Shown here: positions 27,271-39,547 of the stretch, one piece after another
Position numbering within the stretch: position 1 is the first letter of the stretch
How the letters are laid out: every line of letters begins with the position of its first letter
Assembly: GCA_963666215.2 (NCBI GenBank)
Contig: CAXWPL010000002.1
Location: 448,001-512,000, forward strand
DNA length: 64,000 nt
DNA from: Acidobacteriota bacterium
GTDB lineage: Bacteria; Acidobacteriota; UBA890; WLXD01
Reading direction: 5' to 3'
Notes under the pieces: generated by a model
The model's input: the letters and a program-made list of their open reading frames with translations, nothing else
What the model was told of the DNA's origin: nothing
Databases searched by the model: none
Made by a program: the position numbers and the translations under genes

Positions 27271-29983
27271 CTACTCCGCCCGCAGGGCTTCGGTGGGCGA
27301 TACGCGCGCCGCTCTCAGGGCCGGGACCAGGGACGCTGCCAGCGCGACGAACGTGAGCAGTGCCGCTCCAGCAACGAACGTCTTCGCGTCGCGGGGCGCG
27401 ATGCCGAAGAGCAGGCTGTCGAGCAGGTCGACACCGAACAGCGCCAGGAGACTGCCGATGGCGATGCCCAGCGCCGCCTGGCGCAGGCTCTGGCCCAGCG
27501 CCAGCCGCATGACGCTGCCCGCATCGGCTCCCATGGCCATGCGGATTCCAAGCTCGCGGGTACGGGCCGCCACGGTGTGGGCCATGACGCCGTAGACGCC
27601 GATCGCGCTGAGTGCCACGGCGATGGCGGCGAACAGGCTCAGCTGCAGCAGCAGGAAGCGGGGCTGCGATACCGACGCTGAGACGATCTCATCGACGCTG
27701 GCGATAGCCTCGAGCGGCTGGTCCGGATCCACCCGCAGGACGGCGTTCTGCACCTCGCGGGCCAGCTGTGCGGGTGCGCCGGTCGTCCGCAGCACCAGCA
27801 CCATCTCCTGCATGGCGAACTGCGAGTAGGGGATGAAGATGTGGGGACGAGGGTCGCGATCGAGACTCGCTGCCCGCACATCGCCGACGAGACCGACCAC
27901 CTCGTAGGTGCGGCCGGGATTGTCCGGCGTGCCACCGAAAATCGTGCGGCCGATCGGAACCGTCGGATCCGTGTCGCCCCACAGTTGCGACGCCAGCGCC
28001 TGGTTGATCACCGCGACCGCGGGACCCTCGTCGTCGGCCTCATTGAAGGTGCGGCCGGTCAGCACCGGAAGTCCGATGGTTGCGAAGTAGTCGGGCATCG
28101 CGACCCGGGAACCGGACCCCTGGAACGAGCCCTTGGGTCTCGGTGGCGCCTCGGCGATGCAGCGAGGTCGAGCCGCCCGGGTTGCCGATGAGGGGAAACA
28201 CATTCACCGCGGTCGCCGCCTGCACACCCGCGATCCGTTCGAGCTCCGGGAGGAGCTGCGCGTAGAAGCTCCTGCGCATCGCGGCCTCCTGGTAGCGCGC
28301 CGCGGGCAGGGCGACCTCGGCCGTCAGGATCCTCTCCGTCTGGAAACCCGGATCGACACGCATCAAGTTGCCGAGGCTCTGCAGCAGCAACGTCGAACCC
28401 ACCACGAGAACCAGCGCCAGAGCCAGTTCCACGACCACCAGGCCGCTGCGGAGCGCCCGTCCGCGACGACCGTGCGTGGCCCCCCGGTGGCCAGTCACCA
28501 GGGAGCTGGCGTCGGTCGTACCGAAGCTGACGAGCGCCAGGGGCACCCCGCTACCGAGCGCGGTGAGCGTGGCGAGGCCCAGGGCGAAGAGCAAGGCTCC
28601 GGTGTCGAAAGACACCGAGGACAGGCGAGGAATGGTCGCCGGGCCGGTGGCGGCGAGAATCGTAACGCCGGCGCGCGCCGCGATGACGCCGATGGCCGTA
28701 CCCGCCGTCGCCAGCACCGCGTTCTCGACGGCCAGCACACGCGCCACCTGGATGCGGGTTGCACCGTGGGCCCGCCGCAGCGTGAGCTCGGGCATGCGGT
28801 CCAGGAGCCGCGCGACGCCCAGGTTGGCAAGGTTCGCCGCCGCGATCAGCCAGAACAACGCTACCGCCGCGGTGAGCGCGTACGCGGCGGGCCATAGACC
28901 GCCGATCAGCTGATCGTGCAGCGGGACCGCCCGCATGCCGCCCTCGGCATTGGCGTCCGGAAACTCCGCGGCGAACACTGCACCGAGGTCGGCCAGCTCA
29001 CGATCGACGGCACCGAGGTCGATGCCAGGGCTGGCCCTTCCGACAACGCGTAGGAGATGGTTGCCGCGGTTGTCCTTCCAGGCGTCGAAATAGGGAAGCG
29101 GGCGCCATAGTCGTGCGCCGCTACCAACCGGAAAGTCGAAGCCGGGAGGCATGACGCCCACGACGACGTGGTCCCGACCGCTGAGCGGAAGCGATTGCCC
29201 CAGGATGTCGGGGTTGGCGGCGAAGCGGTTCGCCCAGAGATCGTGGCTGAGAATCACCACGCCGCCGACGTCGGGCTCGGCCTCCTCGGGAGCAAACGCG
29301 CGTCCGCGGGCAGGCTCGACCCCTAGCAGCCCGACCAGCCCGAACATGCCGGGAGTCACGTACGCCCCGGCGATGCGCTCCGGACGATCGCCGCCAGTCA
29401 GGGTGACACTCGGGAAGTCGCCGAACATGTAGGCGGCGACTGCATCGAGGCTGTCGGCGCCCGCCCGAACGCTCTCGAAGTTGGGGATCGAGAAATTGCG
29501 CTCGAGGTCGCCCCGATTCGTCTCCCACAGATGCACCAGTCGAGGCGCGTGCGGGAAGGGGAGAGGTTCGAGCATCACATGGCGCAGCACACTGAACACA
29601 CTGGTGGCGCCGCCGATGGCCATGACGAACGTGAGGAGGGTCACAGCCGCGTACCCCGGCCGCCCCCTGAGCGCACGCAGCGACTGCCGGGTCTCGTTCA
29701 AGAGTGCGCGCAACGTGGCCTCCGTCGGGGGGGATTCCTGTTGGGCGAACACGGTTCGAAGCCGGGCCTGCACGCCGGTGACGACCACGCCCAGGAGCAC
29801 ACCGAGAGCGAATCGCAGCATCGCCGAACGCCCCCGCTCGGCGCGCACGCGCCGCAGGTCGTCGGCGAACATCCCGGTCATCTCGGGTGCGAGCAGCGCG
29901 CGGAAGTCGGCCGGATGAAGCCGCACGAGCCATGCGACGGCACGGAGAAGCACGCGCTCGGTGATCCCCGTGCGCAGGGTCAC
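27271..29983 (-). pseudogene. ADOP/MacB-type duplicated ABC permease, frameshifted near 28105
   Basis: MacB-PCD/FtsX repeats (VVILSHDLW, ANLANL, RTRELGIRMAMGA, SPTEALRAE); removing one base in TTCCCGGG joins the two ORFs (VRF-RVAMPDYF). Confidence 0.85.
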
Positions 29984-30294
29984 TTGCTCTCCTCCGCCTC
30001 CGGATGGAGTACGAGAGATGCGAGCATCTGCAAGCGGTTCGCCTGCTCACGCACCACGTCGCGGCCCGCTGGCGTGAGCCGATACACGTGCTGCGGGCGC
30101 CCGCGCCCGCCATCCGAGATCGTGCACACGATCTCGAGATTCCCCTCGTCGAGCTCCTGCTTGAGCAGGCGATAGAACGACGGAATCGACGGCACGTCCG
30201 TGCCGCCGTCGGCGCGCAACGCCTCCATCACCTCAACGGCGCACAACGGCTTGGCCTCGATGACGGCCAGAATGCGATAGATACGAAGGTCCAT
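29980..30294 (-). CDS. PadR-family transcriptional regulator
   Basis: wHTH with SFYRLL and RPQHVYRLTPAGR; stop overlaps permease start. Confidence 0.8.
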   Translation of the reverse strand: MDLRIYRILAVIEAKPLCAVEVMEALRADGGTDVPSIPSFYRLLKQELDEGNLEIVCTISDGGRGRPQHVYRLTPAGRDVVREQANRLQMLASLVLHPEAEESK

Positions 30295-30321
30295 AGCGAA
30301 GTTGAGGGAGAGCGGTCGAGA

Positions 30322-30346
30322 TTATTTATCAAAACTAATAATAAAA
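30322..30346 (-). promoter_or_regulatory. AT-rich imperfect palindrome upstream of padR (possible promoter/operator)
   Basis: ATTATTTATCAAAACTAATAATAAA, a sharp AT island in a GC-rich background. Confidence 0.35.
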
Positions 30347-30430
30347 CCCGAGATGACTCGTATCAAGCCGAGCTTGATCGTGGGAACCGTCGCCCACGAC
30401 CCGGCTTCCTGCCTCTGTCGGAAGATTCGC

Positions 30431-31795
<1,365 letters not shown>

Positions 31796-31906
31796 CCGGA
31801 AGGGATCCTTGTGGAGAACCGAGCCCGGCTCCATCTCGTACTCATGCCAGCCCCGTGTCCACCGTGATCTGCGGCAGTGCCGCTCCAACGGATCGGGCGT
31901 AGGGCT

Positions 31907-32154
31907 TCAGAAGTTAAGTTGACCGTGCCGTCTCACGCCAGCGGCCGGCTCGAGCCCGCCCAAGATCACCGATCTGCGCACCGTGCCCGCATCGGCACCG
32001 AGCGACATGCGGATGCCCATTTCACGCGTCCTTCCCCGCGACCGAGTAGTTGACGACTCCGTACAGTCCGATGGCGGCGAGCACGAGGGCCAGCCCGCCC
32101 GACAAGCCGAGAACTGGGGCCGCCACGCGGGGCCCGAAGAGCATGGTGCCTAGG
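31907..32154 (-). pseudogene. C-terminal remnant of an ADOP-type ABC permease cut by IS481
   Basis: LALVLAAIGLYGVVNYSVA/(frameshift)/RTREMGIRMSLGADAGTV; 5' part absent beyond the IS. Confidence 0.75.
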
Positions 32155-33198
32155 TGTGTTTTCTAAATAGGTTGTTCACATCGGGGCTCACTTCTGAGAT
32201 CAATGGGGTTGTTCCACGACTCCACGAACTCAGAAGGAGCGCCCGATGCAGCTGCATGGTAATGCCCGCACGACGCCGTATATACGCCGCGAGATGGTCC
32301 GCCGGGTCCGGGAGCAGGCGGAGCCTGTGACGGAGACGGCGGCGGCTCTGGGCGTGTCGACTCGAACGGTCTACAAGTGGCTGGGTAGATACGAGCAAGA
32401 AGGTGAAGCCGGGCTCTTGGATCGATCCAGCCGGCCGCAGGGCTGTCCGCACCGCACCGCCACCGGAGTTGTGCGGCAGATCGACAAGCTGCGGCGTCGA
32501 CGACTGACCGCTTGGCAGATCAGCCAGAGGCTGTCAGTGCCACGCTCCACCGTCTCGGCGTGGTTGAGCCGGCTGGGGCTCGGGAAGCTCGATGTTCTGG
32601 AGCCCAAGCCGGCGATCGTGCGCTATGAGTTCAGCCGTCCAGGTGACTTGCTGCACTTGGATACCGAGAAACTGGCCCGTATCCGGCGTCCTGGCCGCCG
32701 CATCCACGGCGATCGCTCCAAGCGGGCCTACGGCGTCGGCTGGGAGAACGCCCACGTCGCTATCGACGATCACTCAAGGGTGGCGTACGTCGAGGTGCTG
32801 TCCGCCGAGGATCAACACACCTGCACTGCGTTCCTGCAGCGAGCCGTCGAGCACTTTGCTTCGATGGGAGTAGCGGTGCGCCGGGTCATGACAGACAACG
32901 GACCCGGCTACGTCTCGAAACGCTTCAATCGCCTATGCCAGCAACTCGAGATCCGGCACATCTACACTCGGCCGTATACGCCCAGAACCAATGGCAAAGC
33001 CGAACGCTTCATCCGCACGCTGCAAGGAGCAGTGGGCCTACGGCACCTGCTACCAGACCTCAGCTCGTCGTACTCGAGTCTCTTCGGCCCTGGCTCAACC
33101 ATTACGATCGCCACCGTCCCCACGCCGGTATCGGCATGACACCGCCGATCGATCGACTCTCAGGGGTGAGTTCATGAACAACCTATTTAGAAAACACA
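32155..33198 (+). mobile_element. IS481-family insertion sequence, copy 2 (1044 bp)
   Basis: Perfect 24-bp TIR TGTGTTTTCTAAATAGGTTGTTCA; flanks CCTAGG / GCTAGG; close homologue of copy 1. Confidence 0.93.
32246..33177 (+). pseudogene. IS481 transposase with two +1 frameshifts near the 3' end
   Basis: Aligns to copy 1; extra bases near 33022 (ACGCTGCAAGG vs ACACTCAAGG) and near 33080. Confidence 0.8.
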
Positions 33199-33290
33199 GC
33201 TAGGCGGTCCACTCCTAGCGCCTGAAGGCGCGTGAGCGGCAGAGGCAACTGCCGCCCACGCGAACCGTCCGGCTGCGCACCCGTGCCTTC

Positions 33291-33863
33291 TCAGCAGGTC
33301 GTCAGCTTGAACTCCACCGGCACCGCCCGCGAGACGATGTCGTAGACCGGAGAGTGCAGCGCCAGTTCGGTGAGATCCTCTGCCGAGGCCTCGCTCTTGA
33401 CGCGCATGTTGACCGTGACCTTGTTGAAGCCCTTGCGCACGTCGTCGGACATGCCGAACAGGCCGCGGACATCCATGTCGCCGGTGTACGACGATTCGAC
33501 TGCTTCGATCCGGATGCCGCCCACGGCTGCGTGGGAAACGAGCGTCCCGGTCAGACAGCTGGCCAGCGCGTGCAACACATACTCCATCGAGTTTGGCGCA
33601 CTGTCCTGACCCGCGGCGATCGACGGCTCATCAGCATCGAGAGTGAAGGCATCTTCGCGCGTGGTGTCTTCCGTGTTACCGGCGAAGAAGTCCTTGATCC
33701 GGCTGCGGCTCAGGCCGCCGTTGATCCACTGGTTGGTGGCGCGGAACTGGAAGCTGGCGTAGCCCGAGTCCGCCTCGATCGAGCCGATCACGTCCATGAG
33801 CTGGCCGACGTCAACTCCGTTCGTCAGCTGAGCCTTTTCTTGGGGTGCAACGCTGGTCGTCAT
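33291..33863 (-). CDS. OsmC-family protein
   Basis: NGVDV, FQFRATNQW, ADEP...G.D.APN.MEYVLHALASCL, SPVYD. Confidence 0.85.
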   Translation of the reverse strand: MTTSVAPQEKAQLTNGVDVGQLMDVIGSIEADSGYASFQFRATNQWINGGLSRSRIKDFFAGNTEDTTREDAFTLDADEPSIAAGQDSAPNSMEYVLHALASCLTGTLVSHAAVGGIRIEAVESSYTGDMDVRGLFGMSDDVRKGFNKVTVNMRVKSEASAEDLTELALHSPVYDIVSRAVPVEFKLTTC

Positions 33864-33954
33864 TTCATCTCTCCTGCAATCGTTGCCGGCGCGGGATTGC
33901 GACCGTCGGAGAGCATGTTACGAAGCTGGACGCCAGGCTCGACAGTGTAGGATC

Positions 33955-33971
33955 TGTAGCACTGAACTACA
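33955..33971. promoter_or_regulatory. inverted repeat between divergent osmC and hxlR (putative operator)
   Basis: TGTAG-N7-CTACA. Confidence 0.4.
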
Positions 33972-34010
33972 TATTCTGGAGTTAGAAATAGCAGGCGGAG
34001 AGGCACACCC

Positions 34011-34718
34011 ATGGCGGGTTACGGGCAGTTCTGCCCGGTGGCGAAGGCGACCGAGATCATCGATGGAAAGTGGACAGTGTTGGTCCTGCGTGAGCTCTTC
34101 TTAGGCACCACGCGATTCAACGATTTCCAGCGTGCGATCTCGCGCATGTCGCCGACCCTGCTCACGAAACGGCTCCGACACCTCGAGGAATGCGGCATCG
34201 TCATTCGCAAGAAGCTTTCGGGCCAGAGGGGCTACGAATACCGCTTGACCGGGGCCGGCAAGGAGCTCGGCCCGCTGATCGAGATCCTCGCGGTCTGGGG
34301 CATGCGCTGGGCGCGCGGTCAGCTGACGGATGACGAGCTCGACGTCGAATTCCTGATGCGGGACCTGCAGCGGCGGCTACAGACCGAGCATCTGCCCGAC
34401 GGCGAGACCGTCATCTGCTTGAAGTTCGACGAGCTCACGAAGCACAAGACCTGGTGGCTGCTCGCAGACGGCGACGTGGTCGACCTGTGCACCGAGAACC
34501 CGGGCAAGGAAATCGATCTCTACATCAAGTCGACCGTGCGCACGATCGTCGAGGTCTGGGAGGGCGACCTCGACATGCGCGCGGCGCTGCGCAACAAGTC
34601 GATCGTGGCGCTCGGTCCGCGCCATCTTGTTCGCACCATGCCAGACTGGTTCGGCGTCTGTCTGTACAAGGACGTCCGGCGAGGGGACCCCCAACTCATG
34701 CGGCAAGCCGCTGAGTAG
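34011..34718 (+). CDS. HxlR-family transcriptional regulator with C-terminal domain
   Basis: YGQFCPVAKATEI..KWT..VLREL..G..RFND, EYRLT..G; GGAGAGG SD. Confidence 0.9.
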   Translation: MAGYGQFCPVAKATEIIDGKWTVLVLRELFLGTTRFNDFQRAISRMSPTLLTKRLRHLEECGIVIRKKLSGQRGYEYRLTGAGKELGPLIEILAVWGMRWARGQLTDDELDVEFLMRDLQRRLQTEHLPDGETVICLKFDELTKHKTWWLLADGDVVDLCTENPGKEIDLYIKSTVRTIVEVWEGDLDMRAALRNKSIVALGPRHLVRTMPDWFGVCLYKDVRRGDPQLMRQAAE

Positions 34719-34763
34719 GTTTCGCGGCACCATCACCGGTCGCCAAGGCGCGAGAATCAGCTG

Positions 34764-34845
34764 GGCTCGCTACACGGCGAGCCCCAACTTGTTGATTACA
34801 AAGAGCCGACGCGCGGATTTGAGCCGCGGACCTGCTGATTACGAA
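34764..34845 (-). repeat. att-like copy of tRNA-Thr 3' half plus downstream sequence
   Basis: ~82-bp direct repeat of 43782-43863, ending exactly at the anticodon loop (TTCGTAA). Confidence 0.9.
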
Positions 34846-34866
34846 GACGATCCGAGCCAAACGTGA

Positions 34867-34887
34867 TTGCCAGCCGATTGCTGGCAA
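34867..34887 (-). terminator. hairpin directly after RND pump stop
   Basis: TTGCCAGC-N5-GCTGGCAA 8-bp stem; no clear U tract. Confidence 0.45.
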
Positions 34888-34888
34888 C

Positions 34889-37800
34889 CTAATCACGGCC
34901 GAAGAGTTCGTAGGCGGCGGGAAGGATGAACAGGGTCAGCACGGTCGACGTCAGCAGGCCCCCGAGGACGACCTGGGCGAGCGGCGCCTGAATCTCGTTG
35001 CCGGCCTCGCCGCCGCCCATCGCCAGGGGGATAAGCGCCAGGCCTGTGGTCAAGGCGGTCATCAGAATCGGTGCGAGCCGGTCGATGGAGCCCTGGAGGA
35101 CGGCTTCATCCCGGGGCACCCCCTCGCGTGCCAGGTCGTGGTAGCGGGTGACCAGCAGGATGCCGTTGCGGGTGGCGATTCCGAACAGGGTGATGAACCC
35201 GACGATGGAGGCGATGCTCAGCACCCCGCCGGTCGTGAAGACCGTGGCGATGCCGCCGATCAACGCCAGCGGCAGGGAAAGCATCACGATCGCCGCGGAT
35301 CTCCAGTCGCCGAAGGCGGTGAACAGCAACAGCGCGATAGCCGCCAGCGACAGCAGGCTGGTCAGCGAGATCAGCCGGGTCGCCCGGCGCTGGCTCTCGA
35401 ACTGACCTCCGTACTGAATGAAGTACTCCGACGGCAACGCCACCTGCGCCTCCACCCGCGAGCGGACGTCGTCCACGACCGAGCCGACGTCGCGATCGAC
35501 GACGTTGGCCGACACCACAATCTTGCGCTGGCCGTTCTCCCGGCTGATCAGGTTGGGGCCGCGGTCCTCACGCACACTGGCGAGTTGGCCTAGCGGCACG
35601 AGTCCGCGATCGGTGCGTACCGGCAGCTGCTCGATCGACTCGGGCCGGTCCCTGCCCTCCGGGCGCAGCCGCACCACCAAGTCGAACGCCCGGTCGCCCT
35701 CCCGTACCTGTCCCACCACGCGGCCGCCCACCGCCGCCTCGACTTGATGAATGACGTCTCGCGCTCGCGCGCCGTGTCGCGCGAGCGCGGCGCGATCCAG
35801 GTCGATCTGAAGCTGGGGCACGAAGGCCTGCTGCTCGACCTGGAGGTCCACGAGCCCCTGCACACCGACGCTGGCATCGCGGATCTTGGCGGCGAGGCTC
35901 CGCAGCGTACCGAGATCCGGACCGAACAGCTTGATCGCGATCGCGGCCTGCGTGCCCGAGATCATGTGGTCGATGCGGTGGCCGACCGGCTGACCGATGG
36001 ACACGTTGGTGCCGGGCACGAGCAGCAGGTCGGTGCGGAAGGCGTCGAGGAACTCGTCGCGTCCTCGCTGGCCGACGGCGTAGACGATGTCGATCTCCGA
36101 CTCGTTGGAGCCTTGGGCGTGCTCGGACATCTCGGCGCGCCCGGTACGCCGCGAGGTGGCAGTGACCTCCGGGTGCGAGAGGGCGATCCCCTCGATCATG
36201 CGACCGATCGTGTCGGCCTCCTCGAGGCTCGTGCCCGGCAGCGTCACGGCGTTGACCACCAGCGTCCCCTCGTTGAACTCCGGCAGGAAGGTGCGGCCGA
36301 GCATGGGGGCGGCCGCGATCGCCGCGGCGAGGGCCACGACCCCGACCGCCACGACCACGCCGGATCGGCGCATCGCGAGCCCCAGCAGCGGGCGGTAAGC
36401 CGCCTGCGCCCAAGCCACCAGCGGCGGCTCGTGGGCGCGTGTCCGCGCCGCGCTCGGCAGCAGCAGCACGCAGAGCGCCGGCGTCACCGTCAGCGATACC
36501 ACCAGCGAGGCGAGGATCGCGACGCCGTAGGCGAAGCCAAGAGGCTGCAGCAAACGTCCCTCGACCCCCGACAGGAAGAAGAGCGGCACGAACACCACGA
36601 TCACCACGAACGTGGCGTAGACGATAGGGACGACGACCTCGCGGGCGGCGCCTATGACCGTGGCCTCCGCCTCCGTGGCCTCGAGAGGCCCGTGAGCGGC
36701 CCGCTGCCGGAGACGCTTGTAGATGTTCTCGACGCCGATCACGGCGTCGTCGACGAGGGCGCCGATGGCGATCGCCATTCCACCCAGGGTCATTGTGTTG
36801 ATCGAGATTCCGGCCGCCCACAGGGCCACCACCGTGGCCATCAGCGACAGAGGAATGGCGAGCGCCGAGATCAGGGTCGTGCGCCACGACATCAGGAACA
36901 CGGCGAGCACCAGCACCGCGAGCAGGCCGCCGTCGCGCAGCGCCGCCTCGACGTTATCGATGGCCACCGAGATGAAGTCGGCCTGGCGGAAGATTTGGCG
37001 CTCGAACTGAACGCGGCCGGCAAGACCCGCCTCCAGCAGATCGAGCTCGGCGTCGATGGCCTGCGTGAGCTGGAGGGTGTCGGCGCCAGGTTGCTTCTGC
37101 ACCGACAGCACGACCGCCGGCTGAGCGTTCACCGAACCGGCCCCGATCTGTGGCGCCGGGCCGATCAGGGCTTGCCCCACGTCACGCAGCAGGACCGTTC
37201 CACCCTCACGACGGAGCAGCACGCTGTCGGCCAGCTCCTGGGTGGAATGAATGCGCCCGAGGACTCGCACCGGCAGCTCCTGGCTGCGGCGCACGAGGAA
37301 CGAGCCGCTGCCGGCGTCGTTGGCGTCCGCAACCGCCTCGGCTACGACCTCGAGGTCGAGGCCGTAGGCGCGCAGGCGGGCCGGATCGACCTGAACCTGG
37401 TACTGGCGCACCGCACCCCCGAGGGGCACGACCTGCGAGACACCGGGGACCGCCATCAGGCGGCGGCGGACGGTCCAGTCGGCCACGGCGCGCAGCTCCA
37501 TGTCGTCGAGCGTCTCGCTGCGCATGCCCACCAGCAGCACCTCGCCCATGATCGAGGTAATCGGTCCCATGGCGGGCGGATCGGCGTCCTGAGGTAAGTT
37601 GGCCGTCGCCAGCTGGAGCTTTTCGTTGACGACTTGGCGGGCTCGATAGATGTCGGTGCCCCAGTCGAACTCGACCCAGATGATCGAGATCCCCATCGCC
37701 GACGATGAGCGAACCCGGCGCACCGAGGTGGCGCCGGTCACCGCGCTCTCGAGCGGGAACGTGACGAGCTGCTCCACCTCCTCGGCGGCGAGCCCGTGGG

Positions 37801-37957
37801 CCTCGGTGAGCACGGTCACGGTCGGGGCCGTGAGGTCGGGGAACACGTCCACCGGCAGGGTGAGCGTCGCGTAGCCGCCGGCCGCGAGGAGCAGCACCGC
37901 GGCGGCCAGCACCACGACCCGGCTGCGAACCGACCAGTCGATCCATGACGCGAGCAT
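34889..37957 (-). CDS. CusA/CzcA-family heavy-metal efflux RND permease
   Basis: PVDVFPDL, EEVEQLVTFPLE, TM4 GALVDDAVIGVEN, FLPEFNEG, PILMTAL; His motifs EHAQG and HRIDH. Confidence 0.93.
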   Translation of the reverse strand: MLASWIDWSVRSRVVVLAAAVLLLAAGGYATLTLPVDVFPDLTAPTVTVLTEAHGLAAEEVEQLVTFPLESAVTGATSVRRVRSSSAMGISIIWVEFDWGTDIYRARQVVNEKLQLATANLPQDADPPAMGPITSIMGEVLLVGMRSETLDDMELRAVADWTVRRRLMAVPGVSQVVPLGGAVRQYQVQVDPARLRAYGLDLEVVAEAVADANDAGSGSFLVRRSQELPVRVLGRIHSTQELADSVLLRREGGTVLLRDVGQALIGPAPQIGAGSVNAQPAVVLSVQKQPGADTLQLTQAIDAELDLLEAGLAGRVQFERQIFRQADFISVAIDNVEAALRDGGLLAVLVLAVFLMSWRTTLISALAIPLSLMATVVALWAAGISINTMTLGGMAIAIGALVDDAVIGVENIYKRLRQRAAHGPLEATEAEATVIGAAREVVVPIVYATFVVIVVFVPLFFLSGVEGRLLQPLGFAYGVAILASLVVSLTVTPALCVLLLPSAARTRAHEPPLVAWAQAAYRPLLGLAMRRSGVVVAVGVVALAAAIAAAPMLGRTFLPEFNEGTLVVNAVTLPGTSLEEADTIGRMIEGIALSHPEVTATSRRTGRAEMSEHAQGSNESEIDIVYAVGQRGRDEFLDAFRTDLLLVPGTNVSIGQPVGHRIDHMISGTQAAIAIKLFGPDLGTLRSLAAKIRDASVGVQGLVDLQVEQQAFVPQLQIDLDRAALARHGARARDVIHQVEAAVGGRVVGQVREGDRAFDLVVRLRPEGRDRPESIEQLPVRTDRGLVPLGQLASVREDRGPNLISRENGQRKIVVSANVVDRDVGSVVDDVRSRVEAQVALPSEYFIQYGGQFESQRRATRLISLTSLLSLAAIALLLFTAFGDWRSAAIVMLSLPLALIGGIATVFTTGGVLSIASIVGFITLFGIATRNGILLVTRYHDLAREGVPRDEAVLQGSIDRLAPILMTALTTGLALIPLAMGGGEAGNEIQAPLAQVVLGGLLTSTVLTLFILPAAYELFGRD

Positions 37958-37969
37958 CGGTCTCTCCGG

Positions 37970-39547
37970 TTAGTGGGAGTGGGCGGGCGCTGCGTCCGGC
38001 GACAGCGCCGCGAGCCGGACCTGGTAGGCGCCGGTGGTGACGACGCGATCGCCTGGGCTCAGACCCGAGACCACCTCCACCAGGTCGCCCTGGCGGATGC
38101 CGGTGGCGATTGCCCGCTCCTCGAACGTCTCGCCGCCCAGCTGGAGGTACACCACCTGCACCCCGGCGAGGTCGATGATCGCCGCGGACGGGATCGCGAC
38201 GACGGTTCGCGCCCCGCCCACGTGCAGGCGAGCTACGGCGCTCATCCCGGGGCGGAGGGTGGCGCTGGCGCCTCGCAGCTCGTAGCGCACCGGGGCGGTC
38301 CGGGTCGTCGCGTCGAGCTCGACACCGAGCTCTAGTAGTCGGCCACCGACGATCCATTCGTTCTGCCCGGCAGTCGAGCGCACGGCCGTAGCCGGCCGCA
38401 GGGCGAGGGACAGCACCTCGCCGCTGCGTCGCGCCTTCAGCAGCTCCTGGAACTCCGGCTCTGGCACCTCGACCCGCGCCACGAGAAGGTCGAGGTCGAC
38501 GATCCGGAACAGGGTGCGGGCCGGATCGACCGGCTCGCCGCGTGTGACGTGGACCTCGGCCATGATCCCCCCCATCGGCGCCAGGATACCGAGACCGTCC
38601 TCGACCGACCCGGCCGCCGACACAGCCGAGGCGCGGTTCTGCAGGGCGGCCAGCCCCGCACGGGCGTTCTCGAGGGCGATCTCCGCCTCGTGCAGGCGAC
38701 GCGCGGGGACCGCGCCGGCATCGACCAGCCGGCTCGCGCGAGCATGCTCACGCTCCGATTCCGCTACGCGGTTGTGAGCCTCCACGAGCTCCGCGGGCAA
38801 CGTGTGCCATCCCGCGATCGACTCCGGAAGCGGCGTCAATCGACCGAGCAGCTGACCGCGACGGACGGCGGCACCGGGAGACAGCAGGCCGGAGTCGGGC
38901 GCTTCGAAGAATCCGGCAGCCGGCGAGGCCACCAGTGCCGTACCGCTGGGATGAGCCTCGATCGTCGCGGGCAACTCCAACGACTCTTGAAGTGGCGCCG
39001 CGGCAGCGGCCACGGTGGCGAACGGAATGCGCCACTGCTGCTCCTTGAGAAATCCGATACCAGCGGGCTCGGAGGGCGGCGCGTCGAGCTCTCCGACCGA
39101 GGAGGCCACTCTGACGTCCCACGCCACTTCGTCGATCGCGCCAGTCGGGGAGGTGTACACGAACCTCAGCCGGGCGTTCCCCGCCGTCTCCGGTCGGATC
39201 GCCGGCAGGAAGATCCCGGAGCGGGCGACCGAATCGACGCCGACCTGCTGTCGCGCGGCTCCCGAGGAGTCCAGCAGGCTTACGTCGAGCCGACCCGCCT
39301 CGACGGCTCGAAAGTCGCCCAGCTCAGTCAGATGAGCGGCGATCTCCGCCTCCTCTCCGACGACGAACAACGGGTGCTCTACGAACCACTCATGGGTATC
39401 GGTCCACCGTGTTTCGACCCGGGAGGGCCGTTCCTCCTCGGCCTCCTGTGACTCGGAAGCAGAGTCGGGACGGCCACAGGCGACTAGCGCAAACAGGAGG
39501 AGAAGGGCAGTCACCACCGATCGCGTCGACAGGAGATTCCGAGTCAT
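37970..39547 (-). CDS. RND efflux periplasmic adaptor (lipoprotein)
   Basis: Lipobox LVAC, ILAPMGG, LRPGM, GLSPGDRVVTTGAY, C-terminal HSH; ATG overlaps tolC stop. Confidence 0.9.
   Translation of the reverse strand: MTRNLLSTRSVVTALLLLFALVACGRPDSASESQEAEEERPSRVETRWTDTHEWFVEHPLFVVGEEAEIAAHLTELGDFRAVEAGRLDVSLLDSSGAARQQVGVDSVARSGIFLPAIRPETAGNARLRFVYTSPTGAIDEVAWDVRVASSVGELDAPPSEPAGIGFLKEQQWRIPFATVAAAAAPLQESLELPATIEAHPSGTALVASPAAGFFEAPDSGLLSPGAAVRRGQLLGRLTPLPESIAGWHTLPAELVEAHNRVAESEREHARASRLVDAGAVPARRLHEAEIALENARAGLAALQNRASAVSAAGSVEDGLGILAPMGGIMAEVHVTRGEPVDPARTLFRIVDLDLLVARVEVPEPEFQELLKARRSGEVLSLALRPATAVRSTAGQNEWIVGGRLLELGVELDATTRTAPVRYELRGASATLRPGMSAVARLHVGGARTVVAIPSAAIIDLAGVQVVYLQLGGETFEERAIATGIRQGDLVEVVSGLSPGDRVVTTGAYQVRLAALSPDAAPAHSH

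Noticed and set aside
34764-34845. A second functional tRNA-Thr
   Set aside because: Only the 3' half is present; no D arm or 5' acceptor strand
35744-37597. Long antisense ORFs (also 5468-6739, 54178-55749, 62895-63812)
   Set aside because: Shadow frames opposite conserved genes, expected at high GC; no recognisable motifs
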